NCBI GenBank assembly: GCA_963758445.1
Contig: CAVWVR010000005.1
Coordinates: forward strand, 21,414-85,413
Source: Terriglobia bacterium
Lineage (GTDB): Bacteria > Acidobacteriota > Terriglobia > Bryobacterales > Bryobacteraceae
Direction of reading: 5' to 3'
DNA length: 64,000 nt
Every line of letters starts with the position of its first letter. Position 1 is the first letter of the stretch. Below, piece after piece: positions 40,701 to 47,286 of this stretch. The notes beneath the pieces are model-generated. The model saw only the letters and a list, made by a program, of their open reading frames with translations. It was not told the origin of the DNA and made no database searches. A program made the position numbers and the translations under genes.

Positions 40701-41747
40701 CGTGAAATTGTCGCCGCCGCAAAAATAGCTGCTCCAATTAGGTACCGCCGTGGTCAGGTTGGGCTGTCCAATTACCACATCGGCATTCTGATCGTTGCTC
40801 AAATTGAGTTGCCCGTTCACAAACGCCGTGTTCCAGATCAACACTCGGTTGTTTCCCAGGTCGGCAACATAAAGCCGCGTTCCGTCGGAAGTAACTGACG
40901 TCGGATTCAGCAGCAGATTGCCGGCCGTCGTCGGATAGGTCGCGGTGGTAATCGGTGGCTGATAAACGGTGCTGAAATTCGACTGCCCCAGCACCAGATC
41001 CGCCGGCTGATTGTTCTGTGTCGGAATGTGTCTCCAGATCAGAATGCGGTAGTTCTGTGTGTCGGCGACAAACAGAGCCCCGTTTTGAATCCAGACCCCT
41101 TGCGGACCGCGCAGAGAGTTTGAGTTCACAGGTTGCGGAGTCTGGAAGCTCGTAAAACTCGACTGCCCTATTACGATACTCGGCGCCGCATTGTTCGTTG
41201 TCGGAATACTATTCCAGATCAGCACGCGATTGTTGTCGGTATCCGCAATCGCCAGATACGTTCCGTCACTCGCAACAGCCGTGGGCGTCTCCATGCTGCC
41301 CGCTTCTGCAGTGCTTCCATTCGCGGGCACTGCCACCTGAGCGCGCCCCGGATTGTTGCTCACAAAATCAGGCTGCCCCAGGACAATGCTGGCGCTGTAA
41401 CCGCAAAGGCTGCAGACGGCCGGCGTCGAAGTCGCGGGAGTTATGGTAGTCAGATCTGCGTACGGACCGGGAATCTGGCTCGTTGGAAAACCTAAAACTC
41501 GATTGTTCTGCGGCGTGGCGGCAATGCGGTTTGAATCCGCAACCCACAGCGTCCCATTCGCATACGCGAGGCCACTCGCGCCGCCAATCAGATTCGATGC
41601 CGTGCCCTGCTGGCCGGTGGTAAAGTTCTGCGGCTGCCCAACCTCCGCGCGCGCGGCTTGGCCATTTACAAATGTCTTTTGCGCGCTAACTACACCAGAA
41701 AATAGGAAAAAAAGAGAGAGTATGCTCTTTCGCAAACAAAGCCCCAA
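37704..41747 (-). CDS. Secreted 1347-aa NHL-repeat beta-propeller protein with Ig-like middle region and two C-terminal ricin-B (beta-trefoil) lectin domains
   Basis: Signal peptide. Repeated NNRVLIWN / NYRILIW / NDRVLIYN NHL motifs. The C-terminal 280 aa carry six Q-x-W repeats (QKW, QQW, QNW, QLW, QKW, QVW) typical of ricin-B lectin. Confidence 0.8.
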   Translation of the reverse strand: MGLCLRKSILSLFFLFSGVVSAQKTFVNGQAARAEVGQPQNFTTGQQGTASNLIGGASGLAYANGTLWVADSNRIAATPQNNRVLGFPTSQIPGPYADLTTITPATSTPAVCSLCGYSASIVLGQPDFVSNNPGRAQVAVPANGSTAEAGSMETPTAVASDGTYLAIADTDNNRVLIWNSIPTTNNAAPSIVIGQSSFTSFQTPQPVNSNSLRGPQGVWIQNGALFVADTQNYRILIWRHIPTQNNQPADLVLGQSNFSTVYQPPITTATYPTTAGNLLLNPTSVTSDGTRLYVADLGNNRVLIWNTAFVNGQLNLSNDQNADVVIGQPNLTTAVPNWSSYFCGGDNFTPCQNTLNFPRYALSDGTRLFIADGGNDRVLIYNTIPTQDGAAADEVLGQVDFVSDQDTSTNISITSTLVDNTSGVDIVSSPTSLAFDGTNLYVSDPYNDRVVVYTPADTPLPPRAAVNWASEIIRQEGIVTFTLPSGGAITAGDTVTITILGTAYTYTIVKSDTLDTIAQGITKAINSSNSGAGDPNATALFAGVGTGSVYLASKAINLTFDSITLAASTSSATDITATASGSYLAAGNAGTGAAGMLVEIDGSNLSDNTTATSLTGALPTSLGGVEVFMDGNASPILSVSPTQIITEIPFTYVNGSDENAATVGASAVTDRNSTSIYVRTAHNDGSVTVTNATPMYIAPANPGLFSSPAFSGQPRPWPVINAYHQPGNPTAVVSVDGAVTAGNTATITIGSATYTYTVVSTDTLLSIAQNLVNMINGAPDANVTASLGGAFQRIILTAIKSGVGGTGIPITGTSSASATVTITAYTSSTCCAVTPGSPITAGNPAVPGELITVSGTGLGTVQDINSNVLTVATGEPWYGPVLNSAVNSVTATMNSETAEVITAGLVQAGYGIYNIQMVVPSDLPVNGTTQLYIAQNAFISNTATIPVGLPGAYVASGPPGAGLTTAAMLLNPTNLVLNAANGSPSQSGTITVSNPNSVLLIINRVSIMGPNASDFSFTNNCQGVISKSCTITVTYMPSTTAMETATLLISDNVDGASQTVALTGVSGAVYEIANQQSGRVLDVTNGSISNGAPIQLYDNLGANNQKWALVPIPGGYYVIMNLNSGLALDVTGESTVNGTTIQQWSYLGNPNQQWILTPSVSGFYTITNVNSGLLLDDTGGATQNGTLVQQYQAAGDANQNWALIPTQKYSIVNFETGKVLDVTGASTQDGTLIQEWDYLGGANQLWQLIPVDSTYYEIVNIHSGLVLDVVDSNVANGTNVQQYDYVGGDNQKWAFVPTGVDGYYSIVNKFTGRVLDVTGGSGTDGTLIQQYDYLGGPNQVWQLVPHP

Positions 41748-41929
41748 ATGTCAATTCACCCCCGGGACCACTCATGCGGGTCTCGGCAACGTGCCACGGC
41801 CCAAACAACCGTTAGGCCACAGGCTACCTGAGTATAACAGCGGTTAGGACGCGGGCATGCGTCTCCCGGTTGCACCCGATCTAACTCCAATTGCGTGCCA
41901 TTTTGTTCCGCTAATCGCTCTAACAAACA

Positions 41930-42538
41930 ATGACGAAGATCAACTTGCCTCTGCTGTTCGTGCCGCTCATGGCTATTTGCTCCTGCAACAAGCCCGCAAA
42001 CCCGCCGTCTGGCGCTCTCTCAGCATCAACATCAACGGTCAACTCGCCCCCGGCTGATTACACGCCCAAAATCGGTATCGCCGTCAGCACGCCTTCACGA
42101 ACTTGTATGGCCATTCACAACGGTAACCTCATGAACGGCGCTGTTGTGACCTTGGTTTCAGCCATTGCGCCTGTAACCTATACGCCAGCGACCATATCCG
42201 GCGTCTCACAGCAGCCTTGCCCTATCACGCAGAATGTAGATACCACGGTTTCGAACTACAATCTCACCGTCCAAGGTCCCATCCAGAAGCTGACTCCGAT
42301 GATTGCTGTGCTCGGCAGTCCGGCAATCACGATCAACAACAACATCGCGCAAGCCGATCTCGATCAAAACGGAAAATCCCAAAGCTTTCGCGCCTGCAGT
42401 TCAGACAACGGCATACATCTCAGCGTCTGGAGCGGCGCGCCGCTACAAGGAACCATGCTTTGGCAAGCCTTCTACTACGAGTCAGGAAATCCCGGCGTCG
42501 GCCCAGCTTGCACACCGTCTGAAGTGCCCGCGTCCTGA
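41930..42538 (+). CDS. Hypothetical lipoprotein
   Basis: Signal peptide with lipobox LMAICSC. No other recognisable domain. Confidence 0.4.
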   Translation: MTKINLPLLFVPLMAICSCNKPANPPSGALSASTSTVNSPPADYTPKIGIAVSTPSRTCMAIHNGNLMNGAVVTLVSAIAPVTYTPATISGVSQQPCPITQNVDTTVSNYNLTVQGPIQKLTPMIAVLGSPAITINNNIAQADLDQNGKSQSFRACSSDNGIHLSVWSGAPLQGTMLWQAFYYESGNPGVGPACTPSEVPAS

Positions 42539-42543
42539 AAGGC

Positions 42544-43609
42544 TCAGGGCGCCGATTCCTTCAACAGCTCAGCGAGATACTGCTGCCAGACGGCTGCGTA
42601 GGTGTGCGTGCCATGTCCGTGTGTGGCATCGCTGGCCGGAATAAGCACGAACCGGCCATTCTTCACTCGCTGGATGTCTCGCTCCGCGATGCCAAGTTCC
42701 GGCGGATTGATGAAATCGTCCGCTGAGTTAATATGCATCACCCACGCTTTCACTTTTTCCAAATCATGCGATGGGTCGTAATCGCGCGAGGAAGCCACCG
42801 CATAGAGAAGATCATTTGCGTCGGTAGTCTTCCTGCGCTGTTCCACTTGCCTTGCGAGCAGTTCATCCGCCGCATCTGGGGTCGGGCGCGTCCTTTTGCA
42901 TCTGAATCGGAGCCCCGCCCGCAATGATCAACATGTGGATCGCCCCCGTCAAACCTGCCGGCTGCTGCTGATAATCGCCGTGGTTCCATTCCGCATCATT
43001 GGTGATGGAATCCATCAGCATCTTGCGCCAGATGCGGTTGCGTCCCGCAATCGGTTCGGGCAAACACGCCAGCGGCATCATCGCATCCATGAAGTCCGGA
43101 TTGCGCTCGCCCCACATCCACGAATGCATGCACCCCATCGAAGTTCCCAGGATCAGCCGCAGATGATCAACATGCAATCCCTCGGTCACCAGCCGGTATT
43201 CAGCCGTGACCATGTCCGCATAACCGTAGTGCGGAAAATGGCCGCGCAGGCCATCGCTCGGTTTAGACGAATTACCATGCCCGATATCATCCGGCAGAAT
43301 AATGTAGTACTTCGCCGGATCCAGCAACCCGCCGCTGCGCAGCAGCACGTCATGGAACTGCGGCGACAGGAACTGCCGCCCGCTTCCTCCCGTCCCATGC
43401 AGGATCAGCACGGCATTAGTCACATGCCCGGACGCATCCCGCTTCGGCACGCCCAGCGTGAGATAGTGCAGCTTCAAAATCGGCAGCGTTTCGCCATCGG
43501 CAAAGTGAAAATCGTTGATGGCGAAATCGCCCGGCTGGGGAGTCTGAGCAAAAGCGAATGAGCCCAACGCCACGGCCATCAGCAGCACAATTCCGATGAT
43601 TCTCATCAA
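42544..43609 (-). pseudogene. Secreted MetX-like alpha/beta hydrolase interrupted by a frameshift near 42877-42924
   Basis: ORFs 42863-43609 and 42544-42924 are in different frames and together make one alpha/beta hydrolase (GTSMGCM nucleophile elbow; continuous sequence ...QMQKDAP / TPDAADELLARQ...). Either a genuine pseudogene or a sequencing indel in an AAAA/CCCC run. Confidence 0.6.
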
Positions 43610-43639
43610 CGCCCATAGTAAGCTGCTGGTCTAGTCTCC

Positions 43640-46600
43640 ATGCCTAAGAAAAAGGCAGCCGTGCCGAGCTTCCTTAAGCTACAAACGACCTTAAAGCGCG
43701 AGAAAACGTGCCATGTAACCCGGATTGCGTGGTCGAATCGTGGCGATCTGCTTGCCGTTCCCACACAGGACGGTACCGTCGAACTTTGGCTTGCCGGCGA
43801 CGGCAGGCGGACCTTCGAAATAGTGGTGAGGCAAGGCAACTGGACGACGGATGTAGCTTGGGCGCCGGACGACAAGATTCTCGCCACTCTGTCGGGCGAT
43901 GAGCTCGTCAGGCTGTGGAGAGTACCGAACGCTAAGCGCATTTTTTCCCGGCTTGGGGAAAGCGTTCACATCGAAGCAACGGCGTTAGCATGGTCGCCCG
44001 ACGGCAAATTCCTCATAACTTGCAAAGGAACGGCAGTGCAGGCCTGGGATACGGATACCTGGCGCAAGGCGCACGTGGCGGAGATGGGGTCTCCGGCTAC
44101 CTTCCTGGTGTTCTCTAAGGCTGGCCGGCTTGCCATCTGTACTCGCGATGGTGCCGTCTACATAACTGATTCGTCCTTGACACACCAAAGCCTGGCAACC
44201 CAGCACAACCGGCCGGCGGTAACCGCGGCTTGGTCGCCAGATGGCGAGATCCTTGCCTTGGGCCACTCCTATGGAGACCTCCAGACGTTCGATGTGTCAG
44301 TGGGACGCGTCACCCAAACCATCGAAGGGCATACCAAGACAGTTCGCTCTGTGTCTATATCGGCCAACGGGCAACTGCTCGCTTCCAAGTCTGACGACGG
44401 CAAGGTCTGGCTGTGGGATCTTCGGACCGGCATGCCTGTCGAGGGAATCGATGAGCCGTTCGGCGGGGTGAAAGATAGCAGCACAAGAAAGCCGGGGGCA
44501 ATTGCTTTCCATCCGCAACTCCCGCTCTTGGCAACCCTGGATGCGGGTAATCACAACGTTCGGCTTTGGAATGTCGATATTGGCAGCCTTCAGAGCGTTC
44601 CGTTGCCCGCCCAGGAAGCTGATCCGGCAATCCGGTACACCACCGCAAAAATCGTTCTGGTCGGCGATAGTGGGGTCGGTAAGACCGGTCTTGGCTGGCG
44701 GCTTGCCCATGGCGAATTCAAAGAACACTCCTCCACCCACGGGCAGCAGTTCTGGGTTCTGAACCAGCTCCATTCAGTCCGCGCTGATGGAACTGAGTGT
44801 GAGGCTGTCCTATGGGATCTCGCAGGCCAGGCGGATTATCGCCTGACGCATGCCCTGTTCCTGGAAAAAGTGGATGCGGCTCTGGTTCTGTTTGACCCCG
44901 GAAATCAAATCGACCCGCTTAAAGGCGTGCGCTACTGGCTAAACGCTCTGGACCGCGACACCCACAAACCCATACCCAAGATACTCGTCGGCGCACGCGA
45001 GGATCGTGCAGCTTCGACTCTTACACCAGCCGATCTGATGCAGTTTTGCAACGACAAGCAAATTAGTGGCGGCGCCCGGTTCTGCAGTGCCATGACGGGC
45101 AAGGGCATTCAGGAACTCCTGGATAGTTTGAGCGCTGCTGTTCACTGGGACGAAATGACCGCTACCACCACCACCAGTAATTTCAAGCGCGTCAAAGACT
45201 TCGTTCTGAATGCGAAACAGAGTGACGCTACCCGAGTGCTCCTGAGTCCGGCCGAACTCGAACAACAACTGCACGCCGTTGATCGGGCCTGGAAATTCTC
45301 AGCCGCAGAGATGATGACCGCGGTTCACCATCTGGCCAATCATGGCTACGTTTCGATACTGCCAAGGTCGTCTGGCGATCAAAGCATTTTGATGTTCCCG
45401 CAAGTGCAATCTAATCTTGCCGCTTCGTTTGTACTTGAGGCGCGCAGGCATCCCAATGGGCTGGGCGCGCTTGAAGAGACTCGGCTGCTTCGTGGTGAGT
45501 ATCAGTTTCCGGAAATCGCTAACTTGTCGGCCCACGACCGCGAGACCCTCCTCGACTCCACCGTGGCCCTGTTTTTACAGCGCAATATCTGTTTCCGGGA
45601 GCGGCTTGGCCCATCCACCCTCCTGGTGTTTCCGGCGCTTATCAATCAGCGCAAGCCGCCGACGGAATATGCTTTCGCCGACGACGTGTCTTACGTCATC
45701 AGCGGACCAGTGGAAAACGTCTATGCGGCACTAGTGGTTCTTTTGGGCTACACCAACACATTCACCCGTACAAACCATTGGCAGAATCAAGCCGAGTACG
45801 AGATGAATCCGGGCGAGATATGCGGGTTCAGACAAATATCGGAACAGGACGGTGAAATCGAGCTGGTCCACTATTACAGTCCGGAAGCAGGGCCCGAAGT
45901 GCGTTCTCTGTTTCAGGCGCTGTTTGAAGGTTTTCTGCGCAGCCGTAAAGTCACGGTCAAGAAATATGCTCCCGTGTTTTGCCCGGAGTGTCATGAGCGA
46001 GCCGAGCGTGCCGCAGTGCTCAAACGCTTGCGCGACCATAAGCCGTTTTTGTTCTGCGCGAATTGCGGAGCCCAGGTCCGCCTTGTAGGCGAGGATAGCC
46101 AGCCCGGTGTTACCGGTCAGCGAGCCGAAATTTTAACTGCGGACAAAGAGATCGCGCGCCGCCGAACCGCTTTCGAAGCTGCGCTCGGCAGAATCAAGGC
46201 GCTTATTCGGGATAGAAATCAACAACCGACGCCCTCCTGTTTCATCAGCTATGCGTGGGGAGTGTCTGCTCACGAGAAACGCGTGTTGCAGTTAGCTAAA
46301 GACCTGGAGAGGGCCGATGTAAACGTTCTGATCGATCGGCAGAGCAACGCCAGAATCGGCGCGAGCGTGGCCGATTTTGTAGACAAATTGGATGCCGTTG
46401 ATTTCGTAATCGTAGTTGGCACGCCCGAGTACCTGCACAAGTATCAATCGCGAGATCAAAAGTACGGCCATGTTGTCAGCGCTGAAATCGATCTGATTCA
46501 GGACCGGCTAACCGGCTCCAGACGCCACTCGGTACTCCCCGCGCTCCTGGCCGGGGACGGACCTACTTCCTTTCCGCCTCTTCTTCGCGGCGCCGTGCGA

Positions 46601-46750
46601 GGGGATCTGGTTACAGAAGCAAAGTATTTCTCAACCGTTGTCGATCTGATTCTCAGCATGTTCCAACTCCCATTTGAAGATCCGATCATCTCCAACATTC
46701 GGGCCGAATCGAACGTTGAGGATTGGAACTCCTCTGTTAGTCTCGCTTGA
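43640..46750 (+). CDS. WD40 - Roc small GTPase - COR-like - zinc ribbon - TIR-like multidomain protein (ROCO-family with TIR effector domain)
   Basis: WD40 repeats aa ~25-330. P-loop GDSGVGKTG (nt 44663-44689) and DLAGQ (nt 44816-44830). A winged-helix-like COR region aa ~510-770. CPEC...CANC (nt 45980-46066). C-terminal CFISYAWG...VIVVGTPEYL...VVSAEIDL resembling TIR_2 (aa ~865-1000). Confidence 0.75.
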   Translation: MPKKKAAVPSFLKLQTTLKREKTCHVTRIAWSNRGDLLAVPTQDGTVELWLAGDGRRTFEIVVRQGNWTTDVAWAPDDKILATLSGDELVRLWRVPNAKRIFSRLGESVHIEATALAWSPDGKFLITCKGTAVQAWDTDTWRKAHVAEMGSPATFLVFSKAGRLAICTRDGAVYITDSSLTHQSLATQHNRPAVTAAWSPDGEILALGHSYGDLQTFDVSVGRVTQTIEGHTKTVRSVSISANGQLLASKSDDGKVWLWDLRTGMPVEGIDEPFGGVKDSSTRKPGAIAFHPQLPLLATLDAGNHNVRLWNVDIGSLQSVPLPAQEADPAIRYTTAKIVLVGDSGVGKTGLGWRLAHGEFKEHSSTHGQQFWVLNQLHSVRADGTECEAVLWDLAGQADYRLTHALFLEKVDAALVLFDPGNQIDPLKGVRYWLNALDRDTHKPIPKILVGAREDRAASTLTPADLMQFCNDKQISGGARFCSAMTGKGIQELLDSLSAAVHWDEMTATTTTSNFKRVKDFVLNAKQSDATRVLLSPAELEQQLHAVDRAWKFSAAEMMTAVHHLANHGYVSILPRSSGDQSILMFPQVQSNLAASFVLEARRHPNGLGALEETRLLRGEYQFPEIANLSAHDRETLLDSTVALFLQRNICFRERLGPSTLLVFPALINQRKPPTEYAFADDVSYVISGPVENVYAALVVLLGYTNTFTRTNHWQNQAEYEMNPGEICGFRQISEQDGEIELVHYYSPEAGPEVRSLFQALFEGFLRSRKVTVKKYAPVFCPECHERAERAAVLKRLRDHKPFLFCANCGAQVRLVGEDSQPGVTGQRAEILTADKEIARRRTAFEAALGRIKALIRDRNQQPTPSCFISYAWGVSAHEKRVLQLAKDLERADVNVLIDRQSNARIGASVADFVDKLDAVDFVIVVGTPEYLHKYQSRDQKYGHVVSAEIDLIQDRLTGSRRHSVLPALLAGDGPTSFPPLLRGAVRGDLVTEAKYFSTVVDLILSMFQLPFEDPIISNIRAESNVEDWNSSVSLA

Positions 46751-46830
46751 CAAAGGGAAAAATCCAATTTGAGTTTGAATCGCAGAATGCACGGGCGCTT
46801 CCCGCTCCCTTCCGTCGTACAATTCGGGCG

Positions 46831-47286
46831 ATGCCTCTACTCGACAAAATTCAGAAAGACATGGTCGAAGCCATGAAAGCGAAGGAGGAGGCCCGGCTCA
46901 GTGCGCTGCGCATGATCAAGACGGCTCTGAAGAAACACGAAGTGGATTCCATGAAGCCGCTGAACGAAGCCACCGAAATGCAGATCATGGGCACGCTTAT
47001 CAAACAGCGCCATGAATCGGCCGACATGTTCCGCAAAGGCGGCCGTGAAGAATTGGCCGTGCTCGAAGAAGCCGAAATCCGCCTCATCGAAAGCTATCTG
47101 CCCGCAACCGCTTCTCAGGACGAAATGGAAGCCGCCGTTGCCGCCGCGATCTCGGAAACGGGCGCCACATCGTCGAAGCAAATGGGTCTGGTAATGAAAG
47201 CCGCTCAGGCCCGTCTCGCCGGCAAGCGCATTGAGGGCAAAGAGCTGAGCGACCTGGTCAAAAAGAAGCTCACCCCGGCGACTTAA
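46831..47286 (+). CDS. yqeY: GatB/YqeY domain protein
   Basis: 152 aa, MPLLDKIQKDMVEAMKAKEEARLSALRMIKTAL is a typical YqeY N-terminus. Start chosen at the internal ATG. Confidence 0.8.
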   Translation: MPLLDKIQKDMVEAMKAKEEARLSALRMIKTALKKHEVDSMKPLNEATEMQIMGTLIKQRHESADMFRKGGREELAVLEEAEIRLIESYLPATASQDEMEAAVAAAISETGATSSKQMGLVMKAAQARLAGKRIEGKELSDLVKKKLTPAT

